Below, piece after piece: positions 52,024 to 61,307 of a DNA stretch of 64,000 nucleotides. Source of the DNA: an uncultured delta proteobacterium (GTDB lineage Bacteria > Desulfobacterota > Desulfobacteria > Desulfobacterales > JAHEIW01); the NCBI GenBank assembly GCA_963706575.1, contig CAVPNL010000008.1, positions 128,001 to 192,000 of the forward strand, given 5' to 3'. Each line of letters begins with the position of its first letter. Positions within the stretch are counted from its first letter, which is position 1. The notes under the pieces are model-generated. The model was not told where the DNA came from and made no database searches. It saw only the letters and a list, made by a program, of their open reading frames with translations. The position numbers and the translations under genes were made by a program.

Positions 52024-52266
52024 ATGTCCAAAGGTGATTATCGGCCTGGCTCTGGCAGTTACGGTTTTGTGACTAAAAAATGCCCCGAGTGTTATACCCA
52101 TCTACCGCTGCAAACGCGTAAATGCCCATCCTGTAAAACCAAACTTGGCAATGTAGACAAGCTCGGCTTTGCCACCCGGCCGTTCGACTGGTCGGGTTAT
52201 CTCATAGCGATTGTTGCTATTGTGGGATTTTGTTGGTTTGTATGGTGGGGATTTATTAAAGACTAA
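52024..52266 (+). CDS. Small zinc-ribbon protein with C-terminal TM helix
   Basis: AGGAG RBS; CPEC..CPSC; hydrophobic tail. Confidence 0.75.
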   Translation: MSKGDYRPGSGSYGFVTKKCPECYTHLPLQTRKCPSCKTKLGNVDKLGFATRPFDWSGYLIAIVAIVGFCWFVWWGFIKD

Positions 52267-52358
52267 CGCCGGGGCAATTATCAGCGCCGAACTATTTGAC
52301 CGGCAGGATTGATCAAGACCGCACCTTTTACTTTTCTCTTCTCATCTCGAAATCTACT

Positions 52359-54299
52359 TCAGCGATACTCAAATTGTTTTTCAAGGATATCATCGGGCAT
52401 GTTGTCAAGGTAGCGTGACGGCCGGTTCAATATCAAACCGGTACTGCGATCATATACATCGCCCGGATAGGTGAAAAACAGGTTCTCTTTGGCCCGGGTG
52501 GCGGCCACATACATCAGCCTAAGTTCTTCTTCAAGCTCTTCTTCCTTATGCAAGCTATGCACCGAGGGGAATCTGCCGTCCAGGGTCCAAATGACAAATA
52601 CGCTGTGCCACTCCAGACCCTTGGCGGAATGGATCGTCGATAGAATCAGGCGATCCAAATTTGAAGCGCCGGCATACAGTGAGTTTTCATAACTGGTATT
52701 CGGCGGTTCAAGGGCCATATCGGTCAGAAATTGGTCAAGGCTTTTGTAGCGCACCATTATTTCTGTCAGATGCTCTAAATCCTTGGCCCGGCGAGGGTGG
52801 TCGTCATAGCGATTTTTTAAAATCGGCATGTAATAATCAATAATGGTTTCTCCCATTTCAGAAATACTCATCGGATGTGTATCCAGGGTTGAGATAAGCT
52901 TTTTGAGACGTTCAAGCCCCTTGATCCGACCGATTTTTGCCGAAAGCAGACCGGTATAACCTGATTGTTCATTGAGGGTCGCCTCAAAAATTCTTTGGGC
53001 GGTTTTAGGCCCAACCTTTTCGATGAGAAGTAAAATTCGGTACCAGCTGATGCGGTCGTAAGCATTGGCAATCACCCGCATGTGAGCGAGGACATCCTTG
53101 ATATGAGCCGATTCGATAAATTTAAATCCCCCCATCTTCACAAATTCGATGCCCTCCCGGCTAAGCTCGATCTCGAGGTCAAACGAATGGAAGCTGGCGC
53201 GAAACAGAACCGCGATTTCATTTAAGGCGACGCCCTGTTGCTGCAGATCTTTAATCTGATCAACCACAAATCTGGATTGGCTGTATTCATCGTCGGCATT
53301 AACGATTACCGGTATCGCTCCACCCCTCCGTCGGGTAAACAGATTTTTAGTGAATTTTTCTTTGGCGCGTTCGATGATGGCGTTGGTCAGGGTCAATATC
53401 GGCTGGATGCTGCGGTAATTTTCTTCCAGGTAAACGATTCGAGTTTCTGGAAACATTTTCGGAAAGTCGATAATATTTCTAAAATTGGCTCCCCGGAAGG
53501 CGTAAATACTCTGGGCATCATCACCGACAACCATGATATTTCTGTTCACCTGGGTCAATAGGTATAATATTTCGGCTTGAATGGTATTGGTGTCCTGGTA
53601 TTCGTCCACCATGATATACTGATAGCTAGCGGAAATGCGGTCACGCGCTGCGGGATAATCGGCTAAAAGACGACGCAAATAAATCAGCAGATCGTCGTAA
53701 TCTAAAAAATGGTGCTCCTGCTTGCGGATTTCGAAAGTCTGTTGAAGACGACTGATGATTTCGAGGTGAGGTTCGAAATGCGGGTAGTCGTTGGCAATGA
53801 TCTCCTCGAGTGAGCGAGCTTTATTGACCGCCCGGCTGAAAATGTTCGCCAGCGTCTTCTTTCTTGGAAACGATCGTTGTTGGGTTGCCGGCTGAAATTC
53901 TTTTCGCAGAAGGCCGATCAAGTTTTCCGAATCGGTGCGATCCAGGATTCCAAAGGCGGGATCCAAACCCATGTGGGAAGCATATCTGCGCAGCATCATA
54001 TTGGCAAAGGAATGGAACGTTCCGCCCGAAATTTTTTCGCAACGTTCATCCAGCAGTTGCGCGGCCCTGCGAAGCATTTCCTGTGAGGCTTTACGCGTAA
54101 AGGTCAAAAGAAGAATAGCGGTTGGAGATATGCCTTTTTCTACAAGGTAGGCTGCCCGGTAGGTCAGGGCCCTTGTTTTTCCACTTCCGGCTCCGGCGAT
54201 AACCAGCAGCGGTCCCTCCGTATGCGTGACCGCCTCGAGCTGAGAAAGATTCAAGGCGGTTTCATAGCGAATCCGGAAGTCTTCATGGTTTATCTTCAT
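52359..54299 (-). CDS. UvrD/PcrA/Rep-family helicase
   Basis: AGAGSGKT, VDEYQDTN, GDDAQSIYAFRGA, STIHSAKGLEW, YVAATRA. Confidence 0.93.
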   Translation of the reverse strand: MKINHEDFRIRYETALNLSQLEAVTHTEGPLLVIAGAGSGKTRALTYRAAYLVEKGISPTAILLLTFTRKASQEMLRRAAQLLDERCEKISGGTFHSFANMMLRRYASHMGLDPAFGILDRTDSENLIGLLRKEFQPATQQRSFPRKKTLANIFSRAVNKARSLEEIIANDYPHFEPHLEIISRLQQTFEIRKQEHHFLDYDDLLIYLRRLLADYPAARDRISASYQYIMVDEYQDTNTIQAEILYLLTQVNRNIMVVGDDAQSIYAFRGANFRNIIDFPKMFPETRIVYLEENYRSIQPILTLTNAIIERAKEKFTKNLFTRRRGGAIPVIVNADDEYSQSRFVVDQIKDLQQQGVALNEIAVLFRASFHSFDLEIELSREGIEFVKMGGFKFIESAHIKDVLAHMRVIANAYDRISWYRILLLIEKVGPKTAQRIFEATLNEQSGYTGLLSAKIGRIKGLERLKKLISTLDTHPMSISEMGETIIDYYMPILKNRYDDHPRRAKDLEHLTEIMVRYKSLDQFLTDMALEPPNTSYENSLYAGASNLDRLILSTIHSAKGLEWHSVFVIWTLDGRFPSVHSLHKEEELEEELRLMYVAATRAKENLFFTYPGDVYDRSTGLILNRPSRYLDNMPDDILEKQFEYR

Positions 54300-54393
54300 T
54301 GTCTTCTCCAATATTGACTTTTATAGATGCTGTCTTACTCTTCACTTAGTTGGATGACAAGAATAAATTATGTTTACAGGGAGGGTAAATAGA

Positions 54394-54753
54394 ATGAAGA
54401 GTATAAAAACTCAACTGAAAACCATCTCCAAATCGCTTGCTAGTCTTTCAAAGCAGGTGGATGGAATTACCAAAAAGGTAGACAAACTTCAACCCGCAAA
54501 AAAGGCGGCGCCCGCCAAGCGTAAGAAAACGGTTCGTAAAGCCGCTGTTCGCAAAAAAGCGGCACCGGCCAGAGGTCAAACGGTGCTCGATAAGGTTTAT
54601 GCTGTGATCAAACGCAGCAAAAAAGGGGCGACGATTGCCACCTTGAAAACCAAAACGGGCCTTGACTCCCGGCAGCTCAGCAATGCGCTGTATAAGCTTT
54701 CTAAAAAACACCTGGTGCATGCCAAATCCCGCGGCCTCTATGCCAAAAAATAA
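54394..54753 (+). CDS. Small Lys/Ala-rich histone-like protein with possible C-terminal winged helix
   Basis: GGAGG RBS; PAKKAAPAKRKK; C-terminal ATIATLKTKTGLDSRQLSNALYKL..SRGLY. Confidence 0.7.
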   Translation: MKSIKTQLKTISKSLASLSKQVDGITKKVDKLQPAKKAAPAKRKKTVRKAAVRKKAAPARGQTVLDKVYAVIKRSKKGATIATLKTKTGLDSRQLSNALYKLSKKHLVHAKSRGLYAKK

Positions 54754-54780
54754 TTCATCGGTGGGATTGGTTTAGTTCAT

Positions 54781-54908
54781 TAGAACCATCTCAAAAATGT
54801 GGATCAGGGTTCATGGCAAGGCGCGGGTCGGCGAAAAAGTCGTTGTTCCCAGCATACACGTTAGTATGTGAGCATTTTGAGCCGAGCCGCAACACCGTCA
54901 TGAGCACT
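54781..54908. mobile_element. Degenerate MITE: family B left end plus family A-like core, right TIR absent
   Basis: TAGAACCATCTCAAAAAT..GCAAGGCGC..CAGCATAC..GTATGTGAGCATTT..GCAAC. Confidence 0.65.
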
Positions 54909-54933
54909 AAGCACCAGATACCATCCATTTAAC

Positions 54934-54991
54934 AAAATAGCCTTCCGTATACCGACCTTCCCATTGGGTATCGGTAACGGAAGGCTATTTT
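54934..54991. terminator. Long hairpin, probable terminator
   Basis: AAAATAGCCTTCCGT..ACGGAAGGCTATTTT. Confidence 0.7.
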
Positions 54992-55197
54992 ATTTTAGAT
55001 CAACGAAACTGCCATGGCTGTAACACGAGTCATCTTTCCTCAAGCTAGATTGCCATTTCATTATGTTGCATAACCATCTGAAATAAAATAAGATTTTTTA
55101 CCTATTGCTTCATTCGGCTACTTTTGATAATAGCATATCTTACTTTTTTCCAAAATTTGTAATCTGGTTCCTTTGGACCAAGTCAGAGATCATGGGC

Positions 55198-55434
55198 TTT
55201 GCCGTAATCAAATGCCATGGGGTATTGGAAAATTGGAATGTTGGAATAATGGGTTAGGCGGAAATGAGATCTAATTTATATCGACGGCTTGGTCAAAAGT
55301 AAAAATCATGACCTCATCCGCATCTCAAACCCAATATTCCATTTTTCCACTATTCCATCATTCCATGATTTACAGAACGGCAAATGCCAATCCTCACAAG
55401 GTGAGATAAAATCCTGACTCTTTCAGCCAGGATT
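55198..55434. repeat. ~236-bp dispersed element, copy 2
   Basis: Shares CCCAATATTCCATTTTTCCAC and overall layout with 44917..45152. Confidence 0.75.
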
Positions 55435-55456
55435 GATTATTGAGAAAGGATTCATC

Positions 55457-56842
55457 ATGAGTTCAAAAGAGATCGCTTCAGATCTCTCGGTGATAGATCG
55501 ATTGTGGAAACTGTTTGCATCCGTTAAATTAACCATCATCCTTCTGCTGACCCTGGCGGCGACCTCCATTATTGGTACGCTTATTCCTCAAAATGAGGCA
55601 CCGATGGCCTACTTTGAAACCTTCGGTGCATTTTTGTTCCGGATCTTTTCGCTGCTGGGGTTTTTCGACATGTACCATTCCTGGTGGTTTCGGGCGTTGA
55701 TTCTTTTGCTGGTGGTTAACATTGTGGTTTGTTCGATTGACCGGCTGCAGGCCACCTGGAAAATTATCTTTGTTCGCCATCCAAGATTTAACCGGGGGCG
55801 CTATACCCAGCTTAAAAACAGGGTCGAATACGATCATGACGCTGAAGTCGGAAAGCTTAAAGCGTTCTATCAGCCAGTTGTTGCCCGCCGGTTTCGCTAC
55901 TATCGGATTGAGGAAACCGCTGAAGGCTTTGCCATATACGGCGAACGCGGGCGCTGGACGCGGCTGGGGGTCTATGTCGTTCATTTCAGCGTGGTACTTT
56001 TGTTAATCGGTGGGCTGATCGGATCTATTTTTGGCTTTGATGGCTTTGTCAACATAGCGGAAGGTGAAAGCGCCCAATCCATTCAACTCAGAAATAGCAA
56101 TCAAAAACTGCAGCTGGGTTTTGAAGTGCGCTGCGATGATTTTAGCGTCGATTTTTATGATACCGGTGCTCCCAAAGAATTTCGCTCCAGTTTAACCATC
56201 CTCAAACAGGGAAAGGCGGTGGTGCAAAGAGACATCATCGTCAATGACCCTTTACGCTATGAAGGCATCAGCTTTTTCCAGGCCAGTTACGGGAACCTGA
56301 CCCCCAATGAGGTTATCCTAAACTTTACCAGCAAGGCCACCGGAATGCTTTACAGCAAAAAGGCCGGTTTGAATATCCCCATTGTGATTCCTGAAGATTT
56401 GGGTACCTTCGTGCTGCAAAAACATACCGGCCAGGCCAATTTTCGGGGGCATAATATCGGCGAAGCATTTATCGGTGTTTTAACGCCCCCCAACGGCAGC
56501 CCGGTCGAGATCACGCTGCCGTTGAAGTTCCCGAGTTTTGATCGGATGCGTAAAGGCAATGTGTTTATAGCGGTCGCCGATTTTGTACCGCGTTATTACA
56601 CGGGGCTTCAGGTGAGTCGGGATCCCGGCGTCTGGGTGGTCTATGTGGGATTTATTCTGATGATCATTGGCATTTACATTACTTTTTTTATGTCCCATCA
56701 ACAGGTCTGTGTCGATGTCGCCAGTCAGGGCAAAAAGAGCCGAACACTGGTTGCTGGGACTTCAAATAAAAATAAACTGGGGATGCAAAAGAAAGTCACA
56801 AAACTATCCGAGCACCTGGCCGGCTTAACCACCGATGATTAG
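55457..56842 (+). CDS. resB: Cytochrome c biogenesis system II protein ResB/Ccs1
   Basis: FASVKLTI, IGTLIPQ, MYHSWWF, YVVH, VNDPLRY.G, YTGLQVSRDPG. Confidence 0.92.
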   Translation: MSSKEIASDLSVIDRLWKLFASVKLTIILLLTLAATSIIGTLIPQNEAPMAYFETFGAFLFRIFSLLGFFDMYHSWWFRALILLLVVNIVVCSIDRLQATWKIIFVRHPRFNRGRYTQLKNRVEYDHDAEVGKLKAFYQPVVARRFRYYRIEETAEGFAIYGERGRWTRLGVYVVHFSVVLLLIGGLIGSIFGFDGFVNIAEGESAQSIQLRNSNQKLQLGFEVRCDDFSVDFYDTGAPKEFRSSLTILKQGKAVVQRDIIVNDPLRYEGISFFQASYGNLTPNEVILNFTSKATGMLYSKKAGLNIPIVIPEDLGTFVLQKHTGQANFRGHNIGEAFIGVLTPPNGSPVEITLPLKFPSFDRMRKGNVFIAVADFVPRYYTGLQVSRDPGVWVVYVGFILMIIGIYITFFMSHQQVCVDVASQGKKSRTLVAGTSNKNKLGMQKKVTKLSEHLAGLTTDD

Positions 56843-56906
56843 CACCCCGTGTATTTCGGCGTTCAATGAAGATTTTGTTACAATTTCAGTAAAATAGAGG
56901 TAAACG

Positions 56907-57923
56907 ATGAACAGCTCTCTTATCTTATCCATCGTGACGTTTGTGTACGGCTTGTCCGGTTTTTTGTACATTTTTGCCTGGGTGTTTAAAAAACCGGCCG
57001 CCGGCCAGCTGGCAACCTGGATTGCTTTGATCGGATGGGTCGGCAACACCGCCGGTATTTTAATGCGATGGGTCGAATCCTATCAATTGGGTATCGGGCA
57101 TGCGCCATTTTCCAACTTATACGAATCGCTGGTCTTTTTTGCCTGGACCATCGCCGTGATTTACCTGATTATCGAGCGCAAGGCCGACAATCGCATTATC
57201 GGTGCTTTTATGATGCCGATTGCATTTCTGGCAATGGCCTATGCTTCATTGAGAACCGGCATCACCAACGAAATCCAACCCCTTATCCCCGCCTTAAAGA
57301 GCAACTGGCTGATAGCGCACGTCATCACCTGCTTTATTGGATATGCGGCGTTTGCCACGGCTTTCGGCATCAGCGCCATGTATCTGATGAAACAGGGGCG
57401 GGACCAGGAACAGGTCGGCTGGCTGGACGTTGCCAGGCCGCTGACATTGTTCATCTTTGTGTTGCTGTTTAGCCGGGTGCTGCTGGCGGGAAACTGGGCC
57501 ATGTCGCTTATCATTGCGCTGCCGATTTGCCTTGTTTTTTACATCGGCGTTTTTCTGGCTCGCCGCTTGCCCGAAGATTTCAAAAACCGAATGCTGACCA
57601 TGTTTCCGGAGCCCGCGATATTGGATGAACTCGGCTACCAAATGACGCTGTTCGGTTTCCTGTTTTTGTCCATTGGCATCATCAGCGGTGCAGTCTGGGC
57701 CAATTCCGCCTGGGGTCGGTATTGGGGATGGGACCCCAAAGAGACCTGGTCTTTGATCACCTGGTTTATTTACGCAACCTTGCTGCATGCGCGGATGATG
57801 CATGGCTGGCGCGGCAAGCGCATTGCCTATCTTTCCCTTGTGGGATTTGCCGCGGTTCTATTTACCTATTTCGGCGTCAATCTGTTGCCCGGCCTGCACA
57901 GTTACGGGGCCCTGGGCCAATGA
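56907..57923 (+). CDS. ccsA: Cytochrome c biogenesis system II protein CcsA/ResC
   Basis: GHAPFSNLYES, PALKSNWLIAHV, WWD domain WANSAWGRYWGWDPKETW, GLHSY. Confidence 0.93.
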   Translation: MNSSLILSIVTFVYGLSGFLYIFAWVFKKPAAGQLATWIALIGWVGNTAGILMRWVESYQLGIGHAPFSNLYESLVFFAWTIAVIYLIIERKADNRIIGAFMMPIAFLAMAYASLRTGITNEIQPLIPALKSNWLIAHVITCFIGYAAFATAFGISAMYLMKQGRDQEQVGWLDVARPLTLFIFVLLFSRVLLAGNWAMSLIIALPICLVFYIGVFLARRLPEDFKNRMLTMFPEPAILDELGYQMTLFGFLFLSIGIISGAVWANSAWGRYWGWDPKETWSLITWFIYATLLHARMMHGWRGKRIAYLSLVGFAAVLFTYFGVNLLPGLHSYGALGQ

Positions 57924-58119
57924 TTTTTGCTTGACAAAAACCAAATCGATAGGGTACACAACCGCAGACCTATTTCCCATCCTGCCAAATTCGCAGAATA
58001 ATTTTAATATATTGAAAATATTATGTTTTTTGTTTCGCATTTAAGGATTTTCTTTAAGTGCTTCAATCAAGAGGGTTCGGGCGAGCAAATAATATCAACT
58101 TGAATTGATCGGAGTTTCC

Positions 58120-58836
58120 ATGAGTACGGATGAGAAAACCAATGCGGCTTCAGCCAAGACCGCGGATCAGGAACCGATGACCCCTTCCTCTGAAACAGAC
58201 GAATCCGGCCATGGCGCTGAAGGCGGCGCCGGCGGACCGATTATTCTGTTTTTCATTCTCGGGTTGATTGCCAGTCTCATTGTTGGATGGGTAATTTTCC
58301 CTAAGCTTCTTTACTCCCAGAAAAAGCAACCCGTTGACTTCAACCATGCCCTGCACAATGAAGAGGTTGAAGATGGCTGTGAAAGCTGCCATTTTCTCAG
58401 GGAAGACGGCACGTATTCCGGGGTCCCCAAACTGGCCCAGTGCATTGATTGTCATGAAGAGGTCAACGGAGAGGATCCTGAGGAAGCAAAATTCGTAAAC
58501 GAATATGTTGCCAAGGAGCGGGAGGTTCCCTGGCTGATCTATTCGCGCCAGCCACAAAACGTATTTTTTTCACATGCCGCCCATGTGAAAATGGCGCAAA
58601 TGGACTGTGTCACCTGCCACGGGCATATCGGCGAATCAGAGAGCTTAAGGGTTTATCAGGAAAACCGTATTTCCGGTTACAGCATAGATATCTGGGGCAA
58701 AAATATCGCCGGTATTAAACGCAATTCCTGGGACCGCATGAAAATGGATGACTGCTCCGAGTGCCATGTGAGAGAAAACGTCAACCAAAACAGCGTGCAG
58801 ACCCTGCGGGGCGGCTGTTTTGTCTGCCACAAATAG
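58120..58836 (+). CDS. qrcA: Qrc menaquinone reductase pentaheme cytochrome c subunit
   Basis: TM anchor; CESCH, CIDCH, CVTCH, CSECH, CFVCH; operon context. Confidence 0.9.
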   Translation: MSTDEKTNAASAKTADQEPMTPSSETDESGHGAEGGAGGPIILFFILGLIASLIVGWVIFPKLLYSQKKQPVDFNHALHNEEVEDGCESCHFLREDGTYSGVPKLAQCIDCHEEVNGEDPEEAKFVNEYVAKEREVPWLIYSRQPQNVFFSHAAHVKMAQMDCVTCHGHIGESESLRVYQENRISGYSIDIWGKNIAGIKRNSWDRMKMDDCSECHVRENVNQNSVQTLRGGCFVCHK

Positions 58837-58841
58837 GCAAT

Positions 58842-58988
58842 TAGAAGTGGTTTCAAAACCTCAGATCAGGTTCAAGGGCAAGGCGTCAGGCCGATCGGGA
58901 AAGCGCAGCATACATGGGTATGTGAGCAATTACCGGAGGTCTGCAACGCAGCCATTGGGCCTGAGATGGGGCTTTGAAACCACTTCTA
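58842..58988. mobile_element. Hairpin MITE, family A copy 3, between qrcA and qrcB
   Basis: TAGAAGTGGTTTCAAA / TTTGAAACCACTTCTA. Confidence 0.88.
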
Positions 58989-59067
58989 AAAACCGACACC
59001 GTAATCGGATCTGTTGAAACTGGTTTTCTCAACTGTTAAATGTGCTTACCTTTACGGGGAAAAATAA

Positions 59068-61281
59068 ATGAAAGTAGACAGAAGAAGTTTTTTAGCATTC
59101 GCTCTTGGCGGTGCCGCGGGGACCGCGCTGTCGCCCCTGCCTTGGAAAGTGACCGATGACTTTGCGATCTGGAGTCAGAATTGGCCCTGGACACCGGTTC
59201 CGCAAAGAGGCGAAATCAGCTCGGTCAACTCCGCCTGCACACTGTGCCCGGGCGGCTGCGGTATTTCGGTGAAAAAAGTGGGGGAACGGGTGATAAAAAT
59301 CGAGGGGCTCAAGGGACACCCCGTAAATGATGGCGGCCTGTGTATCCTGGGACTTGCCGGAGCGCAGCTGCTATATGGCCCAACGCGCATCCAGACCCCC
59401 CTGAAGAAGGCCAATGGCCGCTGGCAAAAAATATCCTGGGAAGAGGCCATTACTGAAATAGCGGCCAAACTAAAAGAACTGCGTGCCGGCGGATCAGCTC
59501 ACAAGGTGGCCTGTGTGGCCGGATCGGATCGCGGTACGGTTCCGGAGCTTTTTAACCGGTTTTTAAGCGTATACGGTTCGCCCAATTTTTTTCGGACCCC
59601 CTCGATCTGGGATTCCTATGAGCTGGCGCTTTACCTGACCCAGGGCACGCGTTCCATGGCCGGATTCGATATCGAAAACGCCGACTTTATCTTAAGTTTC
59701 GGCAGCGGTCTAATCGAAGGTTGGGGCTCTCCCGGCTATATGTTCCGGGCCAAAGCCATGATGCGCAAAAATGGCGGCCGGATGGATCAAATTGAGGCAC
59801 GTCTGTCCAAGACTGCCGCCAAATCCGATCATTGGATTGCCATTAATCCCGGCACCGAAGGTGCGCTGGCATTGGGTCTGGCGCATGTGATCATCAAAGA
59901 AAAGCTGTATAATCAAAATTTTGTGAATGGTTACACCACCGGGCTGTCCGCACGTTTCCAACAGGCCATTGACGGTTTCCCGCCGGAAATTGTTTCCAAA
60001 ACCACCGGGATCAGTTCCGGAACGATTCTGGCACTGGCCAAAGATCTTGCCGGTGCCCGTAAGCCCCTGGCGATTTGCGGAGAGGGCCAGGGTCACCAGC
60101 CAGGCGGCCTGCAGACGTTTTTAGCCGTGCATACCCTGAATGCCCTGCTGGGCAATATCAACCAACCCGGGGGCGTCTGGGCCTTACCCGAACCCGATTA
60201 TATTGATTGGCCGGAGCCGGAAATCGACGCGGTTGCCTCCGAAGGACTGCAACAGACCCGCATAGATGGCGCCGGCAGCTACCGCTATCCGAATGCCAGA
60301 TATTTATTGCAGCGCCTGCCGAAAGTCGTTAACGCCAGTGCTGAATCGCCGGTTGAGGTGCTCTTTGTTTATGATGCCAATCCGGCCTACTCGTTGCCGG
60401 ATACCGAATCGGTGAAAAAGGCGTTTGAAAAGATTCCGTTTGTCGTTAGTTTTTCTTCCTATATGGACGAAACAACGGCCCTGGCCGATTTGTTACTGCC
60501 GAACCATATCTTTCTGGAACGTTACGAAGATGTCCCGGCGGCCCTCGGTTTCCCAAAACCCATCATCGGCCTGACCCAGCCGGCCGTCGAGCCACTGTAC
60601 AATACCCGCCATACCGGCGATTTTATCATTCAACTGGCCAAAGAGCTGGGTCACACCATTGGCGCTGCGTTTCCCTGGGATGATTATGCCACCTGCCTGG
60701 AAGAAACCCTGGGCGACCAGTGGGATGCAATGGTTGAAGAGGGCTACTGGGTTAATGACGAATTCAGCGGCGCGGATTGGGCGGATGCTTTTGAGACCGC
60801 CTCGGCCAAATTCGAATTTAGCAATAACGATATCAGTACACTGGCCGGATATCGTCCGGCAAAACTCGAAGGCGATGAATCACTCTATCCGCTGGTTTTG
60901 GTGCCTTTTGACACAATGAGGCTGACCAGCGGTTATGTCGCCTCACCGCCGTTTCTTGTTAAAGCCCTTGAAGACACGATTTTAAAAGGCAATGATGTTT
61001 TGGTTGAAATCAACCCGGCAACCGCCAAACCGTTGGGACTTTCAGAAGGAAAGACCGCCAGTCTGACAACCGTCAAGGGCTCTGCTCGGGTAAAAGTGCA
61101 TCTTACCAACCGGATTATGCCCGGCCTTATCGCCATCCCCCGGGGTCTGGGCCGTACGATTGACGACAGGTTTTTAGCCGGTAGAGGCGTCAATTACAAT
61201 CAGCTTAGCAGTCCATTTGAGGATCCGGCATCCGGCCATAACGCGGCCTGGGGCATTCGTGCCAAGCTTAGCAAAGCTTAA
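59068..61281 (+). CDS. qrcB: Qrc molybdopterin-oxidoreductase-like subunit
   Basis: Tat signal DRRSFL, SPLPWK..DD.AIWSQNW, CX2CX3CX27C. Confidence 0.9.
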   Translation: MKVDRRSFLAFALGGAAGTALSPLPWKVTDDFAIWSQNWPWTPVPQRGEISSVNSACTLCPGGCGISVKKVGERVIKIEGLKGHPVNDGGLCILGLAGAQLLYGPTRIQTPLKKANGRWQKISWEEAITEIAAKLKELRAGGSAHKVACVAGSDRGTVPELFNRFLSVYGSPNFFRTPSIWDSYELALYLTQGTRSMAGFDIENADFILSFGSGLIEGWGSPGYMFRAKAMMRKNGGRMDQIEARLSKTAAKSDHWIAINPGTEGALALGLAHVIIKEKLYNQNFVNGYTTGLSARFQQAIDGFPPEIVSKTTGISSGTILALAKDLAGARKPLAICGEGQGHQPGGLQTFLAVHTLNALLGNINQPGGVWALPEPDYIDWPEPEIDAVASEGLQQTRIDGAGSYRYPNARYLLQRLPKVVNASAESPVEVLFVYDANPAYSLPDTESVKKAFEKIPFVVSFSSYMDETTALADLLLPNHIFLERYEDVPAALGFPKPIIGLTQPAVEPLYNTRHTGDFIIQLAKELGHTIGAAFPWDDYATCLEETLGDQWDAMVEEGYWVNDEFSGADWADAFETASAKFEFSNNDISTLAGYRPAKLEGDESLYPLVLVPFDTMRLTSGYVASPPFLVKALEDTILKGNDVLVEINPATAKPLGLSEGKTASLTTVKGSARVKVHLTNRIMPGLIAIPRGLGRTIDDRFLAGRGVNYNQLSSPFEDPASGHNAAWGIRAKLSKA

Positions 61282-61307
61282 TTGTTTAATGATTAAATGA
61301 GGTGCTG

